From the NCBI GenBank assembly GCA_963707505.1, contig CAVPQB010000004.1:1312001-1376000 (forward strand): a stretch of DNA of 64,000 bases. The letters run 5' to 3'. Below the pieces are notes generated by a model, which was not told where the DNA came from, did not search any database, and was given only the letters and a program-made list of their open reading frames with translations. The translations under genes were made by a program, and so were the position numbers. This document shows positions 51,286-63,150 of this stretch, piece by piece (within the stretch, counting starts at the first letter, position 1; every line of letters begins with the position of its first letter). Source of the stretch: an uncultured Gemmatimonadales bacterium. GTDB lineage: Bacteria; Gemmatimonadota; Gemmatimonadetes; Gemmatimonadales; Gemmatimonadaceae.

Positions 51286-52640
51286 ACAATCTCCACTTGA
51301 GTCTGCACGACTGTCTTGTCTATCAGGGCCGGCCAGTATGCAACGATCTCTTCCACTTTCGGTCGCCCGCCGGCGAAACCGGTGACGCCCGGTGGCCCGT
51401 TCAACACGAGGGGAGCGATCTCGCGCGTAAAGCGTTCGACGGTTGCACGATCATCTGACCGCACACCGACGCGAAGCTGGATTTCGGGTGCGTTCCTCCC
51501 TGCATCGCCGGCGAGTGGGCCATGCGTGGCCGATGCACCGACGAATTCAGTGAGAATCTCGTCGAAGCGCAGGCCCAGACGATCGAGTCGCTCGCGCAGG
51601 ATACGGTCGGCGAGCTGCGCCTTTTCCAGCGCGTCAGGCCACGAATAAACGAGCGTGCCAACTGCCTTGTATCCGGACTTGTATGCGATCGACACCTTCA
51701 GCTTGTCAGTCGGCGCGTAGCCCTTGATTCCGAATACGCGAACGCGGTCCGGTCCCGCGTCCTCGATGCGAATCGTGGAGAAATCGGCAATCACGTCCGG
51801 CGTGATGTAGCCGTGCGGATCGCCCATCTCGTACACGAGCTGCTCCGACACGGTCTGCACCGACACACGTCCCCCGGTGTTCGGATGCTTGGTGACGACA
51901 AAGCTGCCGTCTTCGTATGCGTCGGCGACAGGATAGCCGACGTTGGCAAGATCCGGAATGTTGCGCCAGTCATACTGGCAGTTGCCGCCGGAGCTCTGCG
52001 CACCGCACTCGAGTATGTGGCCCGCAACGATCCCGGCAGCGAGCCGGTCGTAATCCGTGTCTGCCCAGCCGTATTCGAACCGGATGGGAGCCATCGTGAG
52101 CGCTGTATCGGTGGAGCGTCCTGTAATGACGACCTGCGCCTTGCGGGACAGCGCCTCGACTATCGGTTTCGAGCCGATGTACGCGTTCGCTGAGAGAACG
52201 CGATCACGCACTGTTTCGAGCGGCTCACCGGTTTCCATGTGCGCCAGCGCATGTCCCTGCTGCACCAGCTCGTTCAAACGTGGCAGAAGATCGTCGCCAG
52301 TTACCACGCCAATGCGCAGGGACTTGCCGCGCTTCTTCGCGACGCCCTGAATGGCAGCCGCGCACGCGGGCGGATTCACCCCTCCCGCATTCGCAATTAC
52401 ACGCACACCGCGCTCGGTCACCGCGTCCAGCACCGAATCCATTGCACCGACAAAATCACGCGCGTAACCCATCGCGGGATCACGCTCCTTCTGCTTCTGC
52501 AGAATCGACATGGTGACCTCGGCGAGATAGTCGAGCATCAGATAGTCGACCGGTCCGTTCTCCACCTGTTGGCGAGGAGCGTCGAGCGAGTCACCCCAGA
52601 ATCCCTGGCCGCTTGCGACGCGGACTACGCGTTCAGTCAT
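51282..52640 (-). CDS. AtuA (DUF1446)-family protein
   Basis: GFWGD, DYLAEVTM, ANAGGVNP, GHILECGAQSSGGN, EQLVYE..Y.TPDV. Confidence 0.88.
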   Translation of the reverse strand: MTERVVRVASGQGFWGDSLDAPRQQVENGPVDYLMLDYLAEVTMSILQKQKERDPAMGYARDFVGAMDSVLDAVTERGVRVIANAGGVNPPACAAAIQGVAKKRGKSLRIGVVTGDDLLPRLNELVQQGHALAHMETGEPLETVRDRVLSANAYIGSKPIVEALSRKAQVVITGRSTDTALTMAPIRFEYGWADTDYDRLAAGIVAGHILECGAQSSGGNCQYDWRNIPDLANVGYPVADAYEDGSFVVTKHPNTGGRVSVQTVSEQLVYEMGDPHGYITPDVIADFSTIRIEDAGPDRVRVFGIKGYAPTDKLKVSIAYKSGYKAVGTLVYSWPDALEKAQLADRILRERLDRLGLRFDEILTEFVGASATHGPLAGDAGRNAPEIQLRVGVRSDDRATVERFTREIAPLVLNGPPGVTGFAGGRPKVEEIVAYWPALIDKTVVQTQVEIV

Positions 52641-52647
52641 TGTATGA

Positions 52648-54239
52648 TCAGGCTATGTGCGTTGGAAGAACGAATGGTCCGAGATGCGGACCGGGATTGT
52701 TGAGCGATGCCGTCAACGCGGTAATGATGGCGGCACGAGTGTCTTCAGGGTGAATTATCGCGTCCACGTAGCCACGCGCTGCGGCGTAACGCGCATCGAG
52801 CTGATGTTCGTAATCCGCGCGCATCTCGTCGACGGCAGCAGACACTTCATCCTTCAACTCACCGCCGGCCTTGCGTGCGGCGTCGATCGCGGGACCGTGC
52901 ACCGCCTGAATCGCGGCCTCGCCCTCCATCACGCCCATACGTCCCGTTGGCCAGGTGAATACGAAGTCCGGATCGAAGCCCTGCGCGGCCATCGCGTAAT
53001 AACCCGCGCCGGATGCGTGATTCACCGTAAGCACGATCTTCGGCACGCGAGTCGTCGCCATCGCTTCGACGAGTCGCGCCCCCGCACGAATGATTCCTTC
53101 GTGCTCGGCTTCCGGCCCAACCATGAAGCCGGACACGTCCTGCACGAACAGAATCGGAATACGCTGACGATCACAACGGTCGATGAAGTAGGCCATCTTC
53201 TCGGCGGATTCCGCGTAGATGATTCCGCCGAACCGTGGCTTCTCGCCGGCGCGTCCCTTCACCAGCCCGCGCTGGTTGGCGATGACAGCGACCGGGATTC
53301 CACCGATGCGTGCGTCGCCGCAGATCACTTCCTTCGCCAGCTCGCCCTGAAATTCATCCAGCGCGCCGTCATCGACTATGAGCCTGAGCAGGGCATGCAT
53401 GTCGTACGACATGCGATGATCGGTTGGCAGGAGGTCCGCGATCGCCGCATCTGTGCTCGCCCGTTCGACGGGCGCCGCCACTGCAGGACGCGGCAGGCGC
53501 GAGATCAGCTCGCGGATCTTGGCGATGCACGAAGCGTCGTCATCGACGGCATAATGCGCGACACCGCTCACCTGCGTGTGCGTGTCGGCACCGCCGAGTG
53601 TTTCGCTGTCGATTACCTGGCCCGTTGCGCCCTTTACGAGGTTGGGCCCGCCGAGTCCCATGAAGGACGTTCCCTTCACCATGAGAATGACGTCGGACAA
53701 GGCGGGGAGATACGCGCCGCCCGCGATGCACTGCCCCATCACGGCCGCGATTTGCGGGATGCGCAGGTAACGTCGCATCACCGAGTTGTAATAGAAGATG
53801 CGACTCGCACCGAACTGGCCCGGAAATACTCCGCCCTGATACGGCAGATTCACTCCTGCAGAGTCGACCAGATATACGATCGGGATCGTACACCGCATCG
53901 CAATTTCCTGCGCGCGCAGAATCTTCCTGATCGTCTCAGGCCACCACGAGCCCGCCTTCACGGTCGGATCGTTTGCGACTACCACGACCTCGCGACCATC
54001 GACTACTGATAAACCAGTTACAACGCCGGCCGACGGTGCCTGCCCGTCATACTGATCGTACGCGACGAGCAGGCCAATCTCGAGGAAGCTGCTTCCCGGA
54101 TCACACAACAGCCTGACTCTTTCACGCGCCGACAGCTTGCCCTGCGCATGCAGCTTCTCGATCTTCCTTGCGCCGCCGCCCTGCTCGAGTTTGCTCTCGA
54201 GCTCCCGAAGGTCGGTGTCGAGCGAATGCAGCCGAGACG

Positions 54240-54243
<4 letters not shown>
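52648..54243 (-). CDS. Acyl-CoA carboxylase carboxyltransferase (beta) subunit, MCC/AtuC-like
   Basis: [42 protein letters not shown]. Confidence 0.9.
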
Positions 54244-54665
<422 letters not shown>

Positions 54666-54668
54666 GGG

Positions 54669-56333
54669 TTAGAAGAACACGGGCTCGCGATACGCGCCAA
54701 ACACTTCTTCCATGGCGGCACGTATCTCGTACAGCGTACAGTAGGTGCGAGCGCAGTCGAGAATGAACGGCATCAGATTGGCGTCGGTCCGAGACGCTTC
54801 GCGCAGCGCGGCAAGACGCGCTTCCACGAGCTTGTTGTCACGCGACGCGCGCATCTGCGCCATTCTCGCACGCTGCTCACTCTCGGCGGCCGCGCTCACC
54901 TTGAGCAGTGGAATCGTGAGCTCGCCCTCTTCGGTGACGAACTCGTTCACGCCGACGATGGTGCGCCGATGCTGCTCGATCTCCCACTGCTGACGTGACG
55001 ACGATTCGGCGATCTTGCGTTGCAGCCATCCGGTCTCCAAACCGTGCACGACGCCGCCAACTTCGGCGATCTGCTCGAACAACGCCTCTGCTTCCTGCTC
55101 CAGCTTGTCCGTCAGAGCTTCCACGTAGTACGAGCCGCCCAACGGGTCAGCGACATTTGGGACACCGGTCTCGTAAGCGAGCACCTGCTGAGTGCGAAGC
55201 GCGACCTGCACCGCCTGCTCGGTCGGCAGAGCAAGTGTCTCGTCCATCGAGTTCGTGTGCAGCGATTGCGTGCCGCCCAGCACCGCGGCCATGGCCTGAT
55301 ACGCGACGCGCACGATGTTGTTCATCGGCTGTTGCGCAGTGAGTGTCACGCCGGCCGTCTGCGAGTGAAAGCGCATGATGAGCGAGCGCGGATCCTTCGC
55401 GCCAAAGCGCTCCTTGAGATGGCGCGCCCAGATGCGCCGCGCCGCACGCAGCTTCGCGATCTCCTCGAAGAAGTCGTTGTGGATATCCCAGAAGAACGAC
55501 AGGCGCGGTGCAAAGTCGTCCACGTCCAGGCCACGCGCGAGGCCACGCTCGACGTAAGTGAAGCCGTCAGCAAGCGTGAACGCAAGCTCCTGCGCAGCGG
55601 TGGCGCCGGCTTCGCGAATGTGATATCCGGAGATCGAGATCGTGTTCCAGAGCGGAACGTGCTCCGCAGACCACGCGAAGTTATCGACTATGAGACGCAG
55701 CGCGGGCTCGATGGGGTAAACCCACGCGTGCTGCGCCATGTACTCCTTGAGGATGTCGTTCTGAATCGTTCCGCGCAATTCCTTGATGTCCACGCCCTGC
55801 TTCTCGGCAGCAGCAACATAGAACGCGAACAGAATTACCGCGGGGCCGTTGATGGTCATCGACGTCGAAACCTTATCGAGCGGAATCCCCTCGAAAAGCG
55901 TCTCCATGTCGGCGAGACTCGAGATCGCGACGCCGCACTTGCCAACCTCCCCCTCGGAACGTGGATGGTCCGAGTCGTAACCCATCAGCGTCGGAAAATC
56001 GAACGCGACCGAGAGACCGGTCTGCCCATGCGACAGGAGATATTTGTAGCGCGCGTTGGTTTCGGGTGCAGTGCCGAATCCGGCGAATTGCCGCATCGTC
56101 CACAGCTTGCCGCGATATCCGGTTGCGTGTATGCCACGTGTAAAGGGATAGTCGCCGGGCAGCTCCAGTGCAGATCCGTCGCCCGCGACGTCGAGCGCCG
56201 TGTAAACCGGATCGACGACGTCGCCGGAATTCGCGAATAGCGCGTTGCGTTTTTTCGCGGCGTCGAATCGCGCACGCCACTGGGCGACTTCCTCGCGCAG
56301 TCTGTCAAGCTCCAACATCTCAGCCGTCGTCAT
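54669..56333 (-). CDS. Acyl-CoA mutase large subunit, ICM-type specificity residues
   Basis: YPFTRG, RQFAGFG (Phe83), [11 protein letters not shown] (Gln201), [15 protein letters not shown]. Confidence 0.9.
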   Translation of the reverse strand: MTTAEMLELDRLREEVAQWRARFDAAKKRNALFANSGDVVDPVYTALDVAGDGSALELPGDYPFTRGIHATGYRGKLWTMRQFAGFGTAPETNARYKYLLSHGQTGLSVAFDFPTLMGYDSDHPRSEGEVGKCGVAISSLADMETLFEGIPLDKVSTSMTINGPAVILFAFYVAAAEKQGVDIKELRGTIQNDILKEYMAQHAWVYPIEPALRLIVDNFAWSAEHVPLWNTISISGYHIREAGATAAQELAFTLADGFTYVERGLARGLDVDDFAPRLSFFWDIHNDFFEEIAKLRAARRIWARHLKERFGAKDPRSLIMRFHSQTAGVTLTAQQPMNNIVRVAYQAMAAVLGGTQSLHTNSMDETLALPTEQAVQVALRTQQVLAYETGVPNVADPLGGSYYVEALTDKLEQEAEALFEQIAEVGGVVHGLETGWLQRKIAESSSRQQWEIEQHRRTIVGVNEFVTEEGELTIPLLKVSAAAESEQRARMAQMRASRDNKLVEARLAALREASRTDANLMPFILDCARTYCTLYEIRAAMEEVFGAYREPVFF

Positions 56334-57394
56334 GCATCGACTCCAGTCAACAAGGGACCGCTCCGTCTCAGCAACTCGTCCGCAACGCTGAACGGCGTTG
56401 TCGCTCCGGATTCCAGCAGGTCGAGCTGCGCGTCAAGCCATACGTTGGTCTCCGGGTCGTCCCAGAGCCTGTTGCGAACCCGCTCGGCTACAACTTCAGC
56501 GACCTGATTCCGAAGCCGGATGCGCCGGCGCCCCTTCAGTGCGCCTGACGTCTCAAGATAACGAAAGTGACGCGCCACGGCGGCCAGCAGCAGGTCGATA
56601 CCCTCGCCCCGGGATGCGATGGTTCCCAGTACGGGCGGCGTCCATTGCTCGGGATCTTCCGCTTTGGCAGCCTCGCGCGCTATCCGGATCGGGTTGAAAG
56701 TCTTGAGCTGCACACCGTGATGTGCGGGAACGCTGCCGGTCGAGCCCCGTCGCAGGCCGAGCATCAGCTCGATGTCGTTGCGCAGACGGTCGGCGCCGGG
56801 ACGGTCACCCTTGTTGACGACGAAGATGTCGGCGATCTCCATCACGCCGGCCTTCAACGTCTGGATCGAGTCGCCCGATTCGGGCACGAGAACGACGACC
56901 GTAGTATCAGCAGTGCGTGCGATGTCGAGCTCCGTCTGCCCGACACCCACCGTTTCGATGATGATTCTGTCGAACCCGAACGCGTCGAGCACATCCGCAA
57001 CCTCCGCCGTCCGCGCGGAAAGGCCGCCAAGCGATCCGCGCGTCGCCATCGATCGGATGTACACACCAGGATCGAGCGCTACGGACTCCATCCGCACGCG
57101 ATCGCCGAGCAGCGCGCCGCCGGTGAACGGTGAAGTTGGATCGACAGCAATCACGCCAACGGTGTGCCCTTCCTGCCGCAGCGACTGCACGACCAGATTC
57201 GTAACCGTACTCTTGCCCGCACCCGGTGGCCCCGTAATTCCCAGACGCTGCGCACGACCAATGTGAGGGTGCAGCCTCGCCATGAGCTCGTCATAACCGG
57301 CGCGATGATTCTCGACGATGCTCACCGCGCGCGCGAGAGCCGCCGACTTGCCAGCCTCGAAGTCCGCGATGAGCGCATCAAACGACTGAGGCAA
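56330..57394 (-). CDS. meaB: MeaB/ArgK mutase-associated GTPase chaperone
   Basis: [38 protein letters not shown] 57394 follows AGGAGG. Confidence 0.93.
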   Translation of the reverse strand: MPQSFDALIADFEAGKSAALARAVSIVENHRAGYDELMARLHPHIGRAQRLGITGPPGAGKSTVTNLVVQSLRQEGHTVGVIAVDPTSPFTGGALLGDRVRMESVALDPGVYIRSMATRGSLGGLSARTAEVADVLDAFGFDRIIIETVGVGQTELDIARTADTTVVVLVPESGDSIQTLKAGVMEIADIFVVNKGDRPGADRLRNDIELMLGLRRGSTGSVPAHHGVQLKTFNPIRIAREAAKAEDPEQWTPPVLGTIASRGEGIDLLLAAVARHFRYLETSGALKGRRRIRLRNQVAEVVAERVRNRLWDDPETNVWLDAQLDLLESGATTPFSVADELLRRSGPLLTGVDA

Positions 57395-57821
57395 GGATCT
57401 CCTCCTGACGGCGCCACATATTGCCGGTGGTGCGGTGAGATCCTTCCGCATGGGTGTATCCAAGAACATGCAACGTGCCGTGTACAACGAGCCGTGTCAG
57501 CTCCTCGCGAATACCAACGCCGTTCTCGATCGCATTGCGGCGCGCGACGTCCGGCGCAATGTAGATGTCACCGAGTATCGCACGGCGCGATGACCGCGTC
57601 TGCCGGCCGTCCAGCTCGAAGGTGATGACATCCGTTGCACCGGAGTGGCCGAGAAACTGTCTGTTCATTCGTGCAATTGCGGCGTTGCGGATGAACGCAA
57701 CGGAGATCAGCGCCTCGTTCACTCGCTCGTGACGGCACACGGAGCGAACGATCTCGCGCACCCGCTGTTCGGACAGGGCGATTCGCACTCCGTCGCGTGA
57801 TACGTCGACGGCTACGCTCAC
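57378..57821 (-). CDS. ybeY: rRNA maturation factor YbeY
   Basis: TDVITF, LGDIYI, HGTLHVLGYTH. Confidence 0.93.
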   Translation of the reverse strand: MSVAVDVSRDGVRIALSEQRVREIVRSVCRHERVNEALISVAFIRNAAIARMNRQFLGHSGATDVITFELDGRQTRSSRRAILGDIYIAPDVARRNAIENGVGIREELTRLVVHGTLHVLGYTHAEGSHRTTGNMWRRQEEILASVV

Positions 57822-58855
57822 GCGCTCGCGCGCGAATCGGGTTTCGGCGCGATGGCCAGCGGCCGCACCGGCGACGGATACTCGATACGGCCGTGGAACA
57901 TACCGGTCAGGATGCGCACGAACTGCTCGCGCACTATGCTGAGCTGACGCAGCGTGATTGGTGCGTCAGCGAGCTGCCCTTCCTCCATCCGCTCGGCGAT
58001 TGTCGCTTCCACCATCGTACGTATCGCCACCGGCGTCGGGTCGGCCAGCGCTCGGACCTTCGCCTCGGCCGCATCCGCAAGCATGCAGATTGCCGTTTCC
58101 GCGCTCTGTGGAATCGGACCCGGATACGAATATTCGCTCGCGTTCACCGAGTCGTCCCGCTCGCGCGCCTTGGCCAGGAAGTACGCGATCGGAAGCGTTC
58201 CATGATGTTCGGCGATGAACGCGCGTATGGGACGCGGAACCCCGTTCTCCTTGGCCAGCTCGATGCCGTCCCGAACGTGCGAGCGTATGATCGAGGCGCT
58301 CGTCGCCGGCTTGAGCTTGTCGTGCGGATTGCGTCCCCGCGGCTGGTTCTCGACGAAGTGCTGCGGCTTGCGAAGCTTGCCCACGTCGTGATAGTACGAT
58401 CCCACGCGCCCCAGCAGACCATCTGCACCGATGGCGTTGCACGCAGCCTCGGTGAGATTCGCCATCGCGATGGTGTGAGCGTAAGTACCGGGCGCTTCCA
58501 GGCTCAGGCGTCGCATGAGCGGCATGTTGAGGTCGGCCCACGCGAGCCAGCGGATGTGATCCGGAATCCGGCGCCACTGTTTGGCGCGATACACGAGCAA
58601 CGCGCCAACGGCGACAAAAAAGGCGGTGATCAACTCGCCCACGCGACCCGGAACTAAGATCACGACTGCTATGGCGATCGCGAAGGTCACGCGCGGATCA
58701 AGCAGTATGCGCGCGGTTACCGCGGCTATCTCGAGGATCACGTCGAGCCGCGGCGCGAAGGATGTTCGCGCAACTGCATCGTCGCGCTTGTTGCGATCTG
58801 GAGGGTCCGCCTCGTCCGCGGCATCACGCTCCGAGAGTCGTCGCCACAGATTCAT
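57818..58855 (-). CDS. Membrane-anchored HDIG phosphohydrolase (short PgpH-like)
   Basis: APGTYAH, YYHDVGK, IIRSHV, EHHGT, YPGPIPQS and LADAAEA, preceded by 2-3 TM segments; lies between phoH and ybeY. Confidence 0.85.
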   Translation of the reverse strand: MNLWRRLSERDAADEADPPDRNKRDDAVARTSFAPRLDVILEIAAVTARILLDPRVTFAIAIAVVILVPGRVGELITAFFVAVGALLVYRAKQWRRIPDHIRWLAWADLNMPLMRRLSLEAPGTYAHTIAMANLTEAACNAIGADGLLGRVGSYYHDVGKLRKPQHFVENQPRGRNPHDKLKPATSASIIRSHVRDGIELAKENGVPRPIRAFIAEHHGTLPIAYFLAKARERDDSVNASEYSYPGPIPQSAETAICMLADAAEAKVRALADPTPVAIRTMVEATIAERMEEGQLADAPITLRQLSIVREQFVRILTGMFHGRIEYPSPVRPLAIAPKPDSRASA

Positions 58856-58859
58856 AGCA

Positions 58860-59816
58860 TCACCCCGTTGTATCCTCAGCGTACGCCTTGATGATGTCGC
58901 GCACCAGTCTGTGCCGCACGACATCAGCGTCGGTGAAGTAGAAGAACGATATGCCCTCGATTCCGGCAAGCACGCGCTCCACCTGCACCAGACCGGAGTC
59001 TTCACGACGCGGAAGGTCGATCTGCGTCTTGTCGCCGGTTATGACGACGCGTGAATTGACGCCCAGTCGAGTTAGAAACATCTTCATCTGCGCCGCCGTC
59101 GCATTCTGCGCCTCGTCAAGGATGACGAACGCATCGGCGAGTGTGCGACCGCGCATGTATGCAAGTGGTGCAATCTCGATCGTGCGCGTTTCGAGCGCCT
59201 TCTGCACGCGCTCTGCCGGCATCATGTCTTCCAGCGCGTCGTAGAGAGGACGCAGGTACGGATCGACCTTGGCCTGCATGTCACCCGGAAGGAATCCGAG
59301 ACTCTCGCCAGCCTCGACCGCCGGGCGCGCGAGCACAATGCGGCGCACGCGCTTGCGAGAGAGGGCGTCGACCGCAGCGGCCACAGCGAGATATGTCTTT
59401 CCCGTTCCCGCGGGACCGATGCCGATGACGATGTCGTTGTCGCTGATCTGCTTGAGATATTCCGCCTGCCCTGCGGTCTTGGGCTGGATGACCTTCCGGA
59501 TTCCCGGCAGCACGATCCGCTCGTCGGATGCAGTGCCATCCGGGCGCACGCCATCGAGACTCATCCGCAGAACGTCGTCCGCGGTCAGCGGAAGCTGGCG
59601 CTTGGCCTGGTCGATCATGCGCTGCGCAACCGGTTGAGCGCGGTCCAGCTCCTCCCGTGAGCCCGTGAGCGTCATGGTGTCGCCGCGAAGTGCGACGCGC
59701 GCTCCTGACTGACGCATGAGCTCGGTGAGATTCTCGTCGTTCACCCCGGCGAGAGTGAGCATGTCAGCGCCTTCGGTGGAGATTCTGAGCGCCGTGTTGT
59801 CGTCTGAAACGGTCAA
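58860..59816 (-). CDS. phoH: PhoH-family ATPase (YbeZ-like)
   Basis: GPAGTGKT, RPAVEAGE.LGFLPG, YMRGRT, DEAQN. Confidence 0.95.
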   Translation of the reverse strand: MTVSDDNTALRISTEGADMLTLAGVNDENLTELMRQSGARVALRGDTMTLTGSREELDRAQPVAQRMIDQAKRQLPLTADDVLRMSLDGVRPDGTASDERIVLPGIRKVIQPKTAGQAEYLKQISDNDIVIGIGPAGTGKTYLAVAAAVDALSRKRVRRIVLARPAVEAGESLGFLPGDMQAKVDPYLRPLYDALEDMMPAERVQKALETRTIEIAPLAYMRGRTLADAFVILDEAQNATAAQMKMFLTRLGVNSRVVITGDKTQIDLPRREDSGLVQVERVLAGIEGISFFYFTDADVVRHRLVRDIIKAYAEDTTG

Positions 59817-61594
59817 GCTTGTGCGGGTTTGAGATGTAGTGCAGCGAGCTCGTCGGCCGGAATCACGGTCGGCGCTCCCTCGAACAATGCGCGTGCGGCG
59901 GTCGTCTTGGGAAATGCGATGACATCACGCAAGCTGGGGGCCCCGGCGAGCAGCATCGCTATCCTGTCGAAGCCTAATGCAATTCCCCCGTGCGGAGGCG
60001 CACCTGCGGAAAGTGCCTCCAGCAGGAAGCCGAAGCGCTCTTCTGCCGTGACGGAATCAATACCGAGAAGAGATAATACCCGCCGCTGCAGCGCCGGGTC
60101 GCCGATGCGAATACTGCCACCGCCCAGCTCCGTGCCGTTGAGAATCACGTCGTACGCGAGCGCACGAACGCGTGCCGGATCGCTGTCGAGGAATCCGAAA
60201 TCTTCAGGATTCGGCGCGGTAAATGGATGGTGCATCGCATCGAGGCGTCCGGTCTCCGGATCGACCGCGAACATTGGAAAATCAGTCACCCAGAGCAGCT
60301 CGCTCACGCCGTCCGGCACCAGCGACATCCGGCGCGCCGCGTCCTGACGCGTGCGATCCAGTGCTGGATTCGAGATGTGATCCGGACCGGCCACCAGCAA
60401 CATGAGATCGCCATCCGACAACTGCAACGCGGCACGACCGGCATCGGTCAGAGCCTTTGCGGGTGCGCCATCGACGACACCGTTCGCGCACTTGATGCGC
60501 ATCAGGCCGGCCGCACCGGCGCTCCTGGCTGCGACCTCGATCTCGTCCACCTGCTTGCGTGACAGCGTCGCTCCGCCCGGAATCACTATCCCGCGCACGC
60601 GTCCGCCGGCAGCGATCGCCGAGCGCGCGATGGCGAAGTCGGACTCCGCGAATACGGACGTAACGTCGCGAATCTGCAAGCCGTATCGCATGTCCGGACG
60701 GTCGCAGCCGTAATTCTCCATCGCAGCCGCGTAGGTCATTCGCGGGAACGGTGTCGCAATCTCGACGCCGGCGACCGCGAACAGCGCCTGCAGCATTCCT
60801 TCTGTGAGCGTGTAGAGATCTTCCGGCGTGATGAACGACGCTTCGATGTCGATCTGCGTGAATTCCGGCTGACGATCTGCGCGCAGGTCCTCGTCGCGAA
60901 AGCAACGCGCGAGCTGGAAATAACGATCCATGCCGGAGATCATCAACAGCTGCTTGTACAGCTGCGGAGACTGCGGCAGCGCGTAGAACTCGGCGGCATG
61001 CAACCGGCTCGGCACAACGTAATCGCGCGAACCTTCCGGCGTCGGCTTGGTGAGGATCGGCGTCTCGACTTCCAGGAACCCGCGCGCGTCCAGAAATGCG
61101 CGCGTTACCTGCAAGAGGCGATGGCGCAGAATGAGGTTCGCCTGCAACGGCGCACGACGCAGATCCAGGTAGCGATACCGCAGCCGTATCTCCTCCGCCG
61201 GCAGGTTCGATCCCTTGGAGACGACCGGCATCGCGAGCGACTCCGCCGGTCCAAGCACGGCTATCGAAGTCGCCTGCACCTCGACCGCGCCCGTATCCAT
61301 GTCTGAGTTCGCCATGTTCTGCGGACGCAATGCGACGCTGCCCTCGACGCGCACGACGCTCTCGAGCGAAACCGACGACGCGGCTTCGATCATGGCAGCG
61401 GGGGTGAAGTCTGGATTGAACGAGACCTGAACCACGCCTGCGCGATCCCGCAGATTCAGGAAGACCATCCCGCCGAGGTTACGCGAGCTCTCGACCCATC
61501 CACCAAGCCTTACTTGCGATCCGGCATGCTCGGCGCGAATGGCGCCGCAGAGAGTGGTTCGCTCGGTTGTTGCGGGAAATTCCGGGGCGCTCAC
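59813..61594 (-). CDS. aspS: Aspartate-tRNA ligase
   Basis: RLRYRYLDLR, PQSPQLYKQ, FRDEDLRADRQPEF, PPHGGIALGFDR. Likely GTG start at 61594. Confidence 0.96.
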   Translation of the reverse strand: MSAPEFPATTERTTLCGAIRAEHAGSQVRLGGWVESSRNLGGMVFLNLRDRAGVVQVSFNPDFTPAAMIEAASSVSLESVVRVEGSVALRPQNMANSDMDTGAVEVQATSIAVLGPAESLAMPVVSKGSNLPAEEIRLRYRYLDLRRAPLQANLILRHRLLQVTRAFLDARGFLEVETPILTKPTPEGSRDYVVPSRLHAAEFYALPQSPQLYKQLLMISGMDRYFQLARCFRDEDLRADRQPEFTQIDIEASFITPEDLYTLTEGMLQALFAVAGVEIATPFPRMTYAAAMENYGCDRPDMRYGLQIRDVTSVFAESDFAIARSAIAAGGRVRGIVIPGGATLSRKQVDEIEVAARSAGAAGLMRIKCANGVVDGAPAKALTDAGRAALQLSDGDLMLLVAGPDHISNPALDRTRQDAARRMSLVPDGVSELLWVTDFPMFAVDPETGRLDAMHHPFTAPNPEDFGFLDSDPARVRALAYDVILNGTELGGGSIRIGDPALQRRVLSLLGIDSVTAEERFGFLLEALSAGAPPHGGIALGFDRIAMLLAGAPSLRDVIAFPKTTAARALFEGAPTVIPADELAALHLKPAQA

Positions 61595-61709
61595 GCGGCG
61601 TGTTGGGGCAGTGCCGCGACCTGATGATATGATTGCATGTAGATCGGTTAAATTTATGGCTGGCAACGGCTTATGGTAGGCCCTTCGCACCGTTGCCCGC
61701 CGACCCCAC

Positions 61710-62789
61710 ATGCCCAAAATCAATCTTCTGAATCTCACGCCCGCGGACGCCGATGCGACCCTGGAGGCGTTCTTTCGCGATCGTGGCGAGCCACTGTATC
61801 GTGCTCGTCAGGTCGCGCGCAGGCTGTGGCAGGCGCCAGCCCGCTCGTTCGCAGACATCACGGAGCTGCCTGTTGCGCTCCGTGAAGCGCTCGAACAGTC
61901 GTTCGACTTGCCCGAGCTCAGCATTGCGGCGCAACAACTGTCGGCCGACGGCACGCGCAAGTTCCTCTTCCGCCTGGCCGACGGCGAAGCGATCGAAACC
62001 GTGTCGATTCCGGACGACGACAGACTCACGTTGTGCATCTCATCCCAGGCCGGCTGTGCGCTTCAGTGCGCGTTCTGCGCGACCGGCAAGATGGGCTTCA
62101 CGCGCAACCTGGAGCCGTACGAGATAGCCGCTCAGGTGCGAGAGATGGCTCTGCTGGACCCGCCAATCGCCGTCACCAACATCGTCTTCATGGGGATGGG
62201 CGAGCCGCTCATGAACTGGCGCGCGGTCGATTCCGCACTCACCATCCTGAACGATCCCGCCGGACTCGGCATCGGTTCGCGTCACATCACCGTGTCGACG
62301 GTCGGGATTCTGCCCGGCATCGTCGCACTCGCGGACCGTCCTGAACAGTTCCGGCTCGCGATTTCAGTGCATGCACCGACCGATGAGCTGCGTCGCAGCC
62401 TCATGCCCATCAACACGAAGTATCCGCTCGCTGAAGTGATCGAAGCCGCGAAGCGCTTCGACCGGCGCGTCACCTTCGAGTACGTGATGCTCGGCGGTGT
62501 CAACGATCGCGATGAGGATGCGCGCGAGTTGATGAAGCTCGCGCAGGAGTGCAAGGCGTTCGTGAATCTCATTCCGCTGCATCCTGGCGGCGCGGGTGAT
62601 TTCACACCAACCACCGCGGACTCCATACGGCGGTTCGCCGCCATGCTGCGGCGCGGTGGGTTGAGTGTCGCGATCCGCAAGAGTCGCGGAAAGGACATCG
62701 CCGCCGCGTGTGGACAGCTACGGGTAGAACGGCATCGGAGGCGGCGTCCAGTCGGTGCCGAGCACGACGGTGGCGTCGAGGTAGCGTGA
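61710..62789 (+). CDS. rlmN: 23S rRNA m2A2503 radical SAM methyltransferase
   Basis: CISSQAGCALQCAFCATG, MGMGEP, AACGQL. Confidence 0.95.
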   Translation: MPKINLLNLTPADADATLEAFFRDRGEPLYRARQVARRLWQAPARSFADITELPVALREALEQSFDLPELSIAAQQLSADGTRKFLFRLADGEAIETVSIPDDDRLTLCISSQAGCALQCAFCATGKMGFTRNLEPYEIAAQVREMALLDPPIAVTNIVFMGMGEPLMNWRAVDSALTILNDPAGLGIGSRHITVSTVGILPGIVALADRPEQFRLAISVHAPTDELRRSLMPINTKYPLAEVIEAAKRFDRRVTFEYVMLGGVNDRDEDARELMKLAQECKAFVNLIPLHPGGAGDFTPTTADSIRRFAAMLRRGGLSVAIRKSRGKDIAAACGQLRVERHRRRRPVGAEHDGGVEVA

Positions 62790-63150
62790 CGTATCGGGGC
62801 GAGTGACGACCTTGCCCCCAATTGCCTTGCCGATCAGCGCGGCCCACTCGGGATGATTGGATCTATCCAGTACGAGTGTCGGCGCCTGCGTCGTACGAGA
62901 ATTGCCCATCGCAACGACGTCGTAGCCGCGCGCGCGCAGCAGTAGCGTCGCGCGTCGCGCCGCACCGCGGGTCGCGCTCGCGTTCAACACTTCTACCTTG
63001 ATGCGCACGCCGAGCGGCGCGTGACCAATGGTAGTATCGATCTTTGCCGAAGATGCATCGGACGCACGTGCCGCGACGTTGATCGCCCTTTTTGCAGCCC
63101 ACGATCGCAAATACCGTAGCGATCGCCAGCACTACGGAACGCCGCAACAT
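62718..63150 (-). CDS. LytR C-terminal-domain lipoprotein, frameshift near 63080
   Basis: AIVGC lipobox from ATG 63150, then in another frame VEVLNAS..GAA..G.DV..VVLGTDW. Confidence 0.72.

Noticed and set aside
54669..56333. Annotation as methylmalonyl-CoA mutase in a propionate pathway
   Set aside because: Phe/Gln replace Tyr89/Arg207, and no epimerase is in the cluster.
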